Assembly: GCA_003511165.1 (NCBI GenBank)
Contig: DOJW01000004.1
Span: 68,015-132,014 of the forward strand
DNA from: Candidatus Babelota bacterium
Lineage (GTDB): Bacteria; Babelota; Babeliae; Babelales; UBA12411
DNA: 64,000 bases
Reading direction: 5' to 3'
Position 1 is the stretch's first letter. The number at the start of each line of letters is the position of its first letter. The notes under the pieces were generated by a model, which did not search any database, had not been told where the DNA came from, and saw nothing but the letters and a program-made list of their open reading frames with translations. Made by a program: the position numbers and the translations under genes. This document shows, piece by piece, positions 9,758 to 19,121 of the stretch.

Positions 9758-10489
9758 ATGAATTTGGGGCTAATTATAAAAGATTTAAATGTCTGCGTTG
9801 AAGATAAAAAAATTTTAAATGGAATTAATTTAGAAATTAAACCAGGCGAAATTCATACCATCATGGGTCCAAATGGAAGTGGCAAAAGTTCACTTGCATT
9901 CACGATCGCGGGAAGTCCTAAATATAAAATTGAAAAAGGATCTATAAAGTTTGCAAATCAAGAAATAAATAATCTATCTGCGGACAAACGTGCAAAACTT
10001 GGAATTTTACTCGCATTTCAAATGCCTTATGAGATAGAAGGCATTACCCTATTCGATTTTCTTTATACAATCTATAACAACATCAATAAAGAAAAAAAAG
10101 TTGATCTAAAAACATTTAAAGAGCTTTTAGATATAAAATGCAAATCCCTCAAAATCAAAGAAGAGTTCTTAAACCGGCCTTTAAATTTTGGATTTTCTGG
10201 CGGAGAAAAAAAAGTCGCGGAAATTTTGCAAATTTCACTGCTCAACCCAAAGTTAATTATTCTAGATGAGATAGACTCTGGACTCGATGTCGATGCACTC
10301 AAAAATGTCTGTGAAAATCTTTTAAAAATCAAAAGTGAAAATCCATCCATTTCTTTTTTAATAATCACACATTATCCAAGAATTTTGCATTACCTTGATT
10401 GTCAATTTGTTCATGTAATGCAAAATGGCAAAATCATAAAAACCGCTGGAAAAGATTTGGCTTTCGAAATTGAAAAAGAAGGTTTTTAA
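9758..10489 (+). CDS. sufC: Fe-S cluster assembly ATPase SufC
   Basis: Walker A GPNGSGKSS, SufC-type signature FSGGEKKVAEILQ, Walker B ILDEIDSGLDVDAL, and ITHYPRILHYL. The likely start is MNLGLIIKDLNV, preceded by GAGGGA. Confidence 0.85.
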   Translation: MNLGLIIKDLNVCVEDKKILNGINLEIKPGEIHTIMGPNGSGKSSLAFTIAGSPKYKIEKGSIKFANQEINNLSADKRAKLGILLAFQMPYEIEGITLFDFLYTIYNNINKEKKVDLKTFKELLDIKCKSLKIKEEFLNRPLNFGFSGGEKKVAEILQISLLNPKLIILDEIDSGLDVDALKNVCENLLKIKSENPSISFLIITHYPRILHYLDCQFVHVMQNGKIIKTAGKDLAFEIEKEGF

Positions 10490-10616
10490 AACTATTCAAT
10501 CAAAAACTAAATTTTTTAAATCGCATACTTTTTCTTTTGCAGTAATTCATTGACTTTTTTGCTCTCCCAAAAATAATCTAAAACATCTTGTATTTTATAA
10601 AATTGGGAGAGATTAG

Positions 10617-13400
10617 ATGAATAAAATAGTTATAAAATTTTTATTGTTATTTTGTTTTATTTCAACAACCATTTCAGGCGAACTATCAGTAACTTATATC
10701 AAAACTTTTCAAAATGTTTTTAAACCTGAAAACTCTGTCTTGCCTGCCGAAAGTAACCATTTATCACCAACATGGGGTGCTATCTTGTGGCACTCTCCTT
10801 TTTTAGAAAATCTTTACCGTTACGGAAACCAAAATCATGGAATGGTTAAACTGGCTCAAGAACTATTCTTTTTACATCACGATAATGTAACTTTCGATGC
10901 AACATATTTACCTACTAAAATTGCAAGTCACTTTGAGCCGCAAGACATTGGCATATTAATTGGAATTATCGAAAATCATAGAAGTAATCCTCAAATTTTA
11001 AAAACTGAATTAGACAGCTTTATTGTAGCTTTCGAATTAAATAACACTCTTAAAATTAAAGAAGGACTTAAACAATACTTTGATAATGCAATAAAAAAAA
11101 CCAAAAAAGAAATGTCTCTTGTTTTGGATAATGTTGAAAGTTTAATAGCTCAAGATGCAAAAATAACTAAGTTAAAAAGTGAATTAAAAGATCCAAATTT
11201 AAAAAAAAGATGGATTCAATCCAAAAAAGATCTCATTGCGAGAGAATCAAAGCTTCTAATAAAAAGTAAAATTGATCCCTTAAAAGTAAAAATCGGATTA
11301 TTAACTAAGTTAAAAAAGGATGAAGTCTCAAAACGTGATATAATTGCAGATCCTGCATATCAAAAATTCAAAACTTCTTTTATAGATTCTTTGATCAAAG
11401 CTATTCAAGAAGAAAATCACATATACCCTACTTACTTAACAACTTATATTTTACTGGCTTTGCATTGGAAAAAATCTAATCATCCTAACGATTTTATCGA
11501 TCTTCTCTGGGGTATTTATTCAACTTTGAATAATAAATCTATTTTATTTAATAACAACATTAATTCTAAATTGGGACAAACCTCTTTAACAAAAGAACAG
11601 TTTATTTCGATAATGCAACAAAATATGAATGCTCAAGGATTTGATCAAACAAAATATTTTAATCTTACAAAATCAATATCTCCTGATATTAACAATCTTG
11701 AAAATTTAGCTATCTCTTATTTGGGTTTTCATGTTTTTGAAAATCTTCTTCCTGATGCAGTTACTATGAGCTTAGCGACTCTTGTCCGAGAAACTGTTTT
11801 CCCTGATTGCGCCGAAACTTCTCTTTTAAACCTTTTTATTGCTCTAATTTTTGATCCTCAAACTAGAAATTTTGATACCTCTATTTTAGAACAAATCGGT
11901 GCAAAACAGCAGTTAATAGATTTTTTTAAAACTCATGACTTAAGTAATATTTATACCCAACAAGCTCATAATAGTCTGGCTCGTGTCGTTTCAAACCTTG
12001 AGGATGTTCAATATGCCTATAAGAAGTGCGAAATTGACGTTGGACTTAAAAATATGCTCCTTGTTATTCAACATTTAGTTGGTAAATTAGATGGAGAAAA
12101 TTCAAAAGCAAAATTAGAAAGTCTTAAAAATAAATTTACTCTAGATAAAGTAAAAATAACTGATATAGAACCTAATCAAGATCCAAATACTAATGACAAA
12201 AATCTTACTTTAAATATTACTATTCAAAAAAAAGCAACAGAATTAATTATTAAATGGATATTTTATCCTGAAGAATTTGTAATGGAATATCCTCCTAAAG
12301 CAGAAAATCTCTTTTCTCTAAAATCTTTTGATTTTTTTAAGTCACAAAAATTTACTACTAATCCTTATCAAGATTTAAAATTAGTCTTTTTCTTAAATTT
12401 ATTTGGAGGGTTAGATGGCCTAAAATTAGATGTACCTTTACTTTATAAATATTTTTCATATTTCATGCAAAATCTAAGAATACCTGAAAATACAATTAAA
12501 TTAGTAAAAATTTTAGTTAAAGACTCGAAAATTTCTGATGAAATTAAAATCAATCTTATTAGAAATATTTACAGTAAAATACCTAATGACGAATATTCTC
12601 AAAACGCCTTTTGGGATAACGTAGAATTTCATATTTTTAAAGTTTTTTATCCTTCTTTAGAGATTTTCAAAAATCTTACAGATACTTCCAAATGCAGTAT
12701 TATTTCCGCTCTATTAAAACAACCATTTAATCATTCTAATCCTGAAGTTTATAAGTGGATCAAAAATACGCTTCCTTCCAGTACACTTAAAGATGCTAAA
12801 GGTTCAATAATCAGAAATATTTTAGTAAAACCAATTCCACAAGATGCTGAGTTTAAATCAACTTTTATAAATTTTTATCAGTGGATCAAAGGTACTCTTC
12901 CTTATATTACAAATGACTATAAATTTGAAATAATCAAAATTATTTTAGCTAAACCAATTCCACAAGATCCTGAGTTTAATCCATTTTTTATAAATTTTTA
13001 TCAGTGGATTAAAGGCGCTCTTCCTACCGTTACAAATGACTATAATAAATTTGAAATAATCGGAAATATTTTAGCTAAACCAATTCCACAAGATCCTGAG
13101 TTTAATCCATTTTTTATAAATTTTTATCAGTGGATTAAAGACACTCTTCCTACTGTTACAGATGGCTATAATAAATTTGAAATAATCAAAATTATTTTAG
13201 CTAAACCAATTCCACAAGATCCTGAGTTTTACCCATTTTTTATAAATTTTTATCAGTGGATTAAAGGCGCTCTTCCTACAGTTACAAATGACTATATTAA
13301 ATTTGAAATACAAAAATTAATTTCGCAAAAACTTACAACCTTAACAAATCTACAATTCCAAGAAATTCAAAAAATTTTAGATGAAGCTTTAGCCCAATAA
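10617..13400 (+). CDS. Large secreted hypothetical protein with C-terminal 41-42-aa tandem repeats
   Basis: Signal-like N-terminus MNKIVIKFLLLFCFISTTISG and a GGGAGAG RBS. The C-terminus carries 4 full units plus 1 degenerate unit of IIKIILAKPIPQDPEFNPFFINFYQWIKGALPTVTNDYNKFE. No family is recognised for the first ~700 aa. Confidence 0.8.
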   Translation: MNKIVIKFLLLFCFISTTISGELSVTYIKTFQNVFKPENSVLPAESNHLSPTWGAILWHSPFLENLYRYGNQNHGMVKLAQELFFLHHDNVTFDATYLPTKIASHFEPQDIGILIGIIENHRSNPQILKTELDSFIVAFELNNTLKIKEGLKQYFDNAIKKTKKEMSLVLDNVESLIAQDAKITKLKSELKDPNLKKRWIQSKKDLIARESKLLIKSKIDPLKVKIGLLTKLKKDEVSKRDIIADPAYQKFKTSFIDSLIKAIQEENHIYPTYLTTYILLALHWKKSNHPNDFIDLLWGIYSTLNNKSILFNNNINSKLGQTSLTKEQFISIMQQNMNAQGFDQTKYFNLTKSISPDINNLENLAISYLGFHVFENLLPDAVTMSLATLVRETVFPDCAETSLLNLFIALIFDPQTRNFDTSILEQIGAKQQLIDFFKTHDLSNIYTQQAHNSLARVVSNLEDVQYAYKKCEIDVGLKNMLLVIQHLVGKLDGENSKAKLESLKNKFTLDKVKITDIEPNQDPNTNDKNLTLNITIQKKATELIIKWIFYPEEFVMEYPPKAENLFSLKSFDFFKSQKFTTNPYQDLKLVFFLNLFGGLDGLKLDVPLLYKYFSYFMQNLRIPENTIKLVKILVKDSKISDEIKINLIRNIYSKIPNDEYSQNAFWDNVEFHIFKVFYPSLEIFKNLTDTSKCSIISALLKQPFNHSNPEVYKWIKNTLPSSTLKDAKGSIIRNILVKPIPQDAEFKSTFINFYQWIKGTLPYITNDYKFEIIKIILAKPIPQDPEFNPFFINFYQWIKGALPTVTNDYNKFEIIGNILAKPIPQDPEFNPFFINFYQWIKDTLPTVTDGYNKFEIIKIILAKPIPQDPEFYPFFINFYQWIKGALPTVTNDYIKFEIQKLISQKLTTLTNLQFQEIQKILDEALAQ
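12700..13310 (+). repeat. In-frame tandem repeat, unit 123-126 bp, about 4.5 copies
   Basis: The core ccaattccacaagat(c/g)ctgagttta recurs at 12831, 12954, 13080 and 13206. Units are near-identical at the DNA level. Confidence 0.9.
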
Positions 13401-13408
13401 AAGTATTT

Positions 13409-13450
13409 AAAAGAGAAGAGACAAAAATAAAATTTTGTCTCTTCTCTTTT
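13409..13450. terminator. Bidirectional rho-independent terminator between convergent genes
   Basis: Perfect 18-bp stem aaaagagaagagacaaaa / ttttgtctcttctctttt with a 6-nt loop, flanked by A/T runs on both sides. Confidence 0.8.
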
Positions 13451-13456
13451 AATCTT

Positions 13457-15379
13457 TTATTTTTTACCGAGCAAAGATGAATCTTCTAGTGTAGAAATAT
13501 CACCAAATTCGGTTTTACCAAGCGACATATTACGCAAAATACGACGCATAATTTTGCCAGAGCGAGTTTTTGGTAAACTTTCTACAAAAAATATTTTATC
13601 CGGCTTTGCATGTGGTCCGATATGCTCTGTCACAGAAATTAAAATACTTTTGCACATTTCATCACTTCCAGAAATCTCTGTCATCAGAATAACATATGCA
13701 TGAATACTCTCACCTTTAATTTCATGAGGACAACCGACAACGGCCGCTTCTGCAACACCGATAGTTTTGCCGATAGCATTTTCGACTTCAGCAGTACCAA
13801 TTCGATGGCCTGAAACATTCAAAACATCATCAACCCTACCAACTATCCAAAAATATCCATCTTCATCCCTATAAGCTTCATCACCACTCAAATAATACCC
13901 TGGAAACTTTTCAAAATATGTCTTTTTAAAGCGCTCATGATCACCATATAATGTTCTTGTAATACCCGGCCATGGATTTTTTATCACAAGATATCCAGAA
14001 CTATTTGGCTCCTTTATTTCTTCTCCATTTTCATTAACCAAAGCAGGCTCAATACCCAAAAACGGAAATGTTGCAGATCCAGGTTTTAGAGGGGTTGCTC
14101 CAGGAAATGGTGAAATCAAAAATCCACCATTTTCAGTCTGCCACCAAGTGTCCATTATCGGACAATTACCTTTGCCTATAACATTGTAATACCAATACCA
14201 CTCTGGTTCTTTAATCGGCTCTCCAACAGATCCCAAAATTTGTAGTGATGATAAATCATATTTTTGTGGAAAACTATCGCCTTCTTTCATCAAAGAACGA
14301 AGCGCTGTTGGCGAAGTATAAAATTTATTTACTTTGAACTTTTCGATAATTGACCAGTAACGTCCAAAGTCAGGATAATTTAATGTTCCTTCAAACATTA
14401 TGGTTGTTGCACGATTAACTAGCGGGCCATACAAAACATATGAATGTCCTGTGATCCAACCGAGATCTGCAGTGCACCAGTAAATCTCGCCAGGATGATA
14501 GTCAAAAACCATTTGATGAGTGTAAGATGCATAAACTAAATATCCACCAGTTGTATGTTGCACACCTTTTGGTTTTCCAGTAGAACCTGATGTGTAAAGA
14601 ATAAACAGAGAATCTTCCGCATCCATAATTTCAGGAGCACAATGCTCTTCTGCTTTCTCCATTTCTTCATGCCACCAAAAATCTCGTCCATTTTCCATGG
14701 CAACATCTTGTCCGTTTCTATTGACAACAATCACTGTTTCTACAGATGGTGTATCATGCAACGCTTTATCGACATTTTCTTTCATAGCAATATTTTGCTT
14801 TGCACCACGAACTGCATAATTTTGCGTTACAACAATTTTGCAAGTCGCATCATTTATCCTATCTTTGAGTGCTTCTGCGCTAAATGCGCCAAAAACTATT
14901 GAGTGCACAGCGCCAATTCGGCTGCACGCAAGTGTTGCTATCGCAAGCTGAGGAATCATCTGCATATAAAGACAAACTCTATCTCCTTTTTGCACTCCAA
15001 ACTTTTTTAAAACATTTGCAAATTTTTCGACTTCAGCAAGCAACTGTTTGTAAGTGTAAATAATTACTTCGTTTTCGCCGTTACCTTGCCAAACAATTGC
15101 AGTTTGATCTCCAAATCCTTTTTCAATATGCCTATCTAAACAGTTATAAGATGCGTTTAATTTGCCGCCTTCATAAAACTTAAAATCTACATCTAAAAAG
15201 CTTCCACTTTTAACCTTGTCCCAATTTTTAAACCATGAAAGCTGATGTGAGATTTTACCCCAAAATTCGTCAGGATTTTTTATAGAATAATTATATAATT
15301 CTTTATATTTTTCGAGCGAATCTATCCAAGCCTTTTTGGATAATTTTTCAGAAGGTTTAAAGACTACATCTTTAGACAT
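13457..15379 (-). CDS. acs: Acetyl-CoA synthetase
   Basis: AMP-binding motif YTSGSTGKPKG. Also WWQTENGG, SGHRIGTAEVE, and C-terminal PKTRSGKIMRRILR. Confidence 0.95.
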   Translation of the reverse strand: MSKDVVFKPSEKLSKKAWIDSLEKYKELYNYSIKNPDEFWGKISHQLSWFKNWDKVKSGSFLDVDFKFYEGGKLNASYNCLDRHIEKGFGDQTAIVWQGNGENEVIIYTYKQLLAEVEKFANVLKKFGVQKGDRVCLYMQMIPQLAIATLACSRIGAVHSIVFGAFSAEALKDRINDATCKIVVTQNYAVRGAKQNIAMKENVDKALHDTPSVETVIVVNRNGQDVAMENGRDFWWHEEMEKAEEHCAPEIMDAEDSLFILYTSGSTGKPKGVQHTTGGYLVYASYTHQMVFDYHPGEIYWCTADLGWITGHSYVLYGPLVNRATTIMFEGTLNYPDFGRYWSIIEKFKVNKFYTSPTALRSLMKEGDSFPQKYDLSSLQILGSVGEPIKEPEWYWYYNVIGKGNCPIMDTWWQTENGGFLISPFPGATPLKPGSATFPFLGIEPALVNENGEEIKEPNSSGYLVIKNPWPGITRTLYGDHERFKKTYFEKFPGYYLSGDEAYRDEDGYFWIVGRVDDVLNVSGHRIGTAEVENAIGKTIGVAEAAVVGCPHEIKGESIHAYVILMTEISGSDEMCKSILISVTEHIGPHAKPDKIFFVESLPKTRSGKIMRRILRNMSLGKTEFGDISTLEDSSLLGKK

Positions 15380-15543
15380 AAAATCCTTTCAGGGGTGAAG
15401 GGAAAAAAGTTTTATAAATTTATGCTCGAAGCATACTAAATTAAAACAGATTTGTAAGCAGGGGGGTAGGCATTTTACTCACGGAACAGTTTTTGATAGT
15501 ATGCAACATGTTATTTATTAAAATAATAAATCAAGGTTTTTAG

Positions 15544-17202
15544 ATGGATTTAATAGTTGTAACGCTGGGCTCGTTTTTTACCGTCATATCTTGCTGCATA
15601 CTTGCATATGTTTCCATGGCAACCGGATCTGGACCTTGGATAGCTCCTACGCTAGTACTCATTTCAAGCTTCATCCTCAAAATAATTAGAAGTAAAATAT
15701 CTCAAGAAAAAATGACTGAAAAAATTATTTTGACGCAAACAACAGGTTCAATTGGAGGAATAGTCGCAACAGGTTTAGGTTTTACACTTCCAATGTTATA
15801 TTTTTTAAATCCAATTGACTTTCACCATTTGCTCAAATCACCTATAAAATTTTGCATCTTCATCGCAATCACCTGTTTAATTGCAGGCGGACTTGGAATA
15901 AACCTCGCACGAATATTTAGCGAGCGATTAATTTACAAAGAAAATCTTCAATTTCCAGTCAGCCATATGATCTACAAAATCATTAATACCAAAGACAAAG
16001 TAAAACAAACAGCAAGTTTATTTTGGGGATTTTTGATTACTTCTATTTTTTGTCTTCTAAGAGATGGATTATTCAAATTTAAAAGCATTTTCCCTGTTAC
16101 CATTTACCCTTTTCAATCTTTTTTGGGAACTGAATTCGCGTTAAATCTATTCCTTGGTCCTACCCTTTGGGCTGTTGGATTCATGAGCGGGACAACCATT
16201 GCTGTTCCATTAATAGTTGGAATATTTTCAAAATATTTTGTTTTAAACCCTTTAAATTTGCATATTCAGTCAATCTCTTTTGGTTTTTTGCAAATTCAAT
16301 CACAAAACTCTTTTAATATGGCTTTTTGCAGCGGATTAATTTTAACTGAAGCTATTATAATTTTGACCAAAGTACCTCAAATACTTTTCAAGTTTTTAAA
16401 TCTTAAAAAACTTTCATCTAACAATTATTTTGCCTTTTCATTAGAAAAATTAAAACAATCCAAGTTGCTCAAACTTGAACCTATCTTAATCTTACTAGCA
16501 ACTTTTATCTTTTTCTCTTATCTAAAATTTTCATTTGGCGCACAAGTTTTCATAATTTTGTTAACAATATTAGCTACGTATCAAATCAGCTGGATGGGCG
16601 GCAAAGTTGGGTTAGTTCCATTTGGAAGATTTGCAACATTCGTCATGCTGCCAACCATAATGTTTTTTGATCTAACCTTTTTCCAAATAACAATACTATG
16701 TGTATTTTTCAATGTCTGTGCAGCCGCAGCTTCTGATTTGCTTTTCGACTATAAAATCGGAGAACTTTGCAATATCAAATTTAGAAAAATCCAAAAGTAT
16801 CAATGGGCAGGCCTTATAATAACATCACTTGTAATTGGCGCATTTTTCTGGGCAATATTCAATAATTTTCAACTTGGCACCCCAGAACTTTTCGCATACA
16901 AAGCGATGGCTCGTGCGCTTTTGATCAAAACTTCATTTTTTAACTTCACTACCGTATTTTTGGGTATCGTTTTTGGATTAATTTTAAAATTTGCAAAAAT
17001 CAACCCTACAATGGTACTTTGCGGAATTTTGATGCCCAATGGTCTTTCGATTGGTTTAATCATAGGCGGTCTTAGCGCCATTGTGACAAAAAATCTGTTT
17101 AAACAAGAATTGGAAAAATTCTACCCATTTTGGTCGGGAGTATTCGCTAGTGAATCAACATGGATCTTAATGCTAATGATTTTAAAATTTCTAAAAATCT
17201 GA
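15544..17202 (+). CDS. OPT-family oligopeptide transporter
   Basis: The 552-aa polytopic protein has ENLQFPVSH and the OPT-like FDYKIGELCNIKFRKIQKYQWAG (D-x-K-x-G..R..Q..Q pattern). Confidence 0.6.
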   Translation: MDLIVVTLGSFFTVISCCILAYVSMATGSGPWIAPTLVLISSFILKIIRSKISQEKMTEKIILTQTTGSIGGIVATGLGFTLPMLYFLNPIDFHHLLKSPIKFCIFIAITCLIAGGLGINLARIFSERLIYKENLQFPVSHMIYKIINTKDKVKQTASLFWGFLITSIFCLLRDGLFKFKSIFPVTIYPFQSFLGTEFALNLFLGPTLWAVGFMSGTTIAVPLIVGIFSKYFVLNPLNLHIQSISFGFLQIQSQNSFNMAFCSGLILTEAIIILTKVPQILFKFLNLKKLSSNNYFAFSLEKLKQSKLLKLEPILILLATFIFFSYLKFSFGAQVFIILLTILATYQISWMGGKVGLVPFGRFATFVMLPTIMFFDLTFFQITILCVFFNVCAAAASDLLFDYKIGELCNIKFRKIQKYQWAGLIITSLVIGAFFWAIFNNFQLGTPELFAYKAMARALLIKTSFFNFTTVFLGIVFGLILKFAKINPTMVLCGILMPNGLSIGLIIGGLSAIVTKNLFKQELEKFYPFWSGVFASESTWILMLMILKFLKI

Positions 17203-17373
17203 TTTTTATCCTATTTCACTCATAAATACTCATTTTTTTGTACAAATTTGTACATTCCAAACCATAAAGTTAATACCAAAATTGGTTAAAAATTTCTTTA
17301 TTTTACGAATCCTAAAATCTTGCTAAGCTAATCCTATTAAAAATTTATTCAAAGTAACTTTTTGGAGACCAAA

Positions 17374-18153
17374 ATGTTTATCAAAAAAAGAAGCATTTTT
17401 CACCTAATTTCGCTAGTAATGGTTTTAGGCTTATTTTCTTGCGTGAAAAAACATAAACATGAAACAACATCATTCGAATCATTAAAAACTCGTGCTGAAA
17501 ACTTAATAAGTAAAAAAAAGCGCTCCGAAGCTATCGAAGTTTTGGAACAAATGATGGAAGAGTACCCAGACGCACCTAACCTAAAAGATTATAAATTAGC
17601 GTTGGCAAACATATATTTTGATAAAAAAGAGTACGAAGCCGCGTATCAATGCTACAAAAAATATTACAAAAATAATCCTTCCGATCAACTTGCAGAGTTT
17701 GCAAACTATCGAGGAATTTTATGTAAATTCCGCCAAACATATGGCGTCAACCATGACCAAACAAATGTGAAAAAAGCTCTCAAAAAAAGTGAAAAATATT
17801 TAGCTCTTTATGAAAAGTCGGAAAAATTTTCAAAAGAAATCCGCGATATCAAATTCACATGCGAAAAAATGCTAATCGACCATGAAATATTTGTTTACAA
17901 CTTTTATGTAAGACGTGGAATGTACAAGTCAGCACAAGCAAGACTCGATTATCTCAAAGAAGTGCACACAAAAAAGCATAAAGATCTAGAACCTCAAATT
18001 TTGTATCTCGAGCTAAAACTTGCTCACCATGAACACAACAAAGAACTCGAGCAAGAAAAGCTTCAACAACTAAACAATCGCTTTGTAAACTCTCAGTATG
18101 TTGCAATGGCTCAAAACTTAGTTGAGAAGAAGAAAGACGAATTTATTTTCTAA
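17374..18153 (+). CDS. bamD: Outer membrane protein assembly factor BamD-like TPR lipoprotein
   Basis: Lipobox LGLFSC. TPR-like repeats are present (ALANIYFDKKEYEAAYQCYKKYYKNNP). Size is ~260 aa. The ATG at 17374 is preferred over the TTG at 17362. Confidence 0.6.
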   Translation: MFIKKRSIFHLISLVMVLGLFSCVKKHKHETTSFESLKTRAENLISKKKRSEAIEVLEQMMEEYPDAPNLKDYKLALANIYFDKKEYEAAYQCYKKYYKNNPSDQLAEFANYRGILCKFRQTYGVNHDQTNVKKALKKSEKYLALYEKSEKFSKEIRDIKFTCEKMLIDHEIFVYNFYVRRGMYKSAQARLDYLKEVHTKKHKDLEPQILYLELKLAHHEHNKELEQEKLQQLNNRFVNSQYVAMAQNLVEKKKDEFIF

Positions 18154-18512
18154 TGAATGATTCCAAAAAACTAGGCTTTTGCGGCGAAAACTATGTCGCC
18201 AAATTTCTTGAAAATAAAGGTTTTAAAATCTTGGAACAGAATTTTAGAACACGATTTGGAGAAATCGATATCATCGCACAAAAAGAAGATGTCGTAGCAT
18301 TCATAGAAGTAAAAACCAGAAAAAATCTATATTTCCAAATCGCATCCGTCGTCACACACAGCAAACAAAAAAAGATTATCGCTACAGCAAAGCGCTACAT
18401 TGTCGAAAATAACATTTATGATAAGATTTGCAGATTTGATGTAGCAACTATCATCTACAATGAAACAAAAATGGAAATAGAATATATTCCAAATGCTTTT
18501 CAAGAATCATAA
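18153..18512 (+). CDS. yraN: YraN-family (UPF0102) endonuclease-like protein
   Basis: GENYVAKFLENKGFKILEQNFRTRFGEIDIIA..VAFIEVKTR is the typical PD-(D/E)xK YraN core. Confidence 0.8.
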   Translation: MNDSKKLGFCGENYVAKFLENKGFKILEQNFRTRFGEIDIIAQKEDVVAFIEVKTRKNLYFQIASVVTHSKQKKIIATAKRYIVENNIYDKICRFDVATIIYNETKMEIEYIPNAFQES

Positions 18513-18517
18513 AAACC

Positions 18518-18985
18518 TCAATAAACTTTTTTGTTCTTCAGCGCGGCCCAATCTTTAAACAACTTCAAATTTTCGTCATACATAAAATGTTTTACAATTT
18601 CAATCTTACTTTTGCCAATTGATTTCATCTGATCGTTTGAAACTGTTAATTCATTAAAACCAATAATTTGTGCATCTTTAATTTCGGTTCCAAAAATTAT
18701 CTTATCAATTTTGGCCCAGTGGCAAGCGCTAAAACACATAGGGCAAGGCTCACATGTGGAATAAATACTGCATCCTGACAAATCTATAGAATTTAATTTT
18801 TTACAAGCAACGCGAATCGCATTTATCTCTGCATGCGCAGTTATATCTGTACTTTGCCAAACAATGTTATGTTCACAACTAATTATATTTTCATCTTTGA
18901 CTATACATGCGCCAAAAGGTGTATTGCCCGACTTGATACCTTCGTAAGCTTTTTCGATTGCCATTTTCATGAATTTTGTATTCAC
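18518..18985 (-). CDS. CDA-fold nucleoside/guanine deaminase (TadA/GuaD-like)
   Basis: Zinc motifs HAEINAI and CEPCPMC, followed by WAKIDKIIFG. The start is ambiguous: GTG at 18985, or ATG at 18970 or 18964. Confidence 0.8.
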   Translation of the reverse strand: MNTKFMKMAIEKAYEGIKSGNTPFGACIVKDENIISCEHNIVWQSTDITAHAEINAIRVACKKLNSIDLSGCSIYSTCEPCPMCFSACHWAKIDKIIFGTEIKDAQIIGFNELTVSNDQMKSIGKSKIEIVKHFMYDENLKLFKDWAALKNKKVY

Positions 18986-19121
18986 ATTTTTCTCTTTTTA
19001 TAAATTTAAATTTTTTTAGTTTTATGAGAACAATTTTAAATTTATTTTTTAAATTATTGCAATAAAACAGTTGAGTTTATAACAATTGTAAAAATCAAAA
19101 TCAAAATAAAAAGGAGATTAA

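Noticed and set aside
11790-11850. A possible papain-like or deubiquitinase catalytic Cys context (FPDCAETSLLNLF) in the 927-aa secreted protein.
   Set aside because: This is a single short string with no identifiable downstream His/Asp partners or a Gln oxyanion residue that I can place. It is too weak to call without profile searches.
12700-13310. The tandem repeats here and at 28257-29470, considered as possible CRISPR arrays or satellite DNA.
   Set aside because: The units are contiguous with no unique spacers, maintain a single open reading frame within long CDSs, and encode coherent peptide repeats. No cas genes are present.
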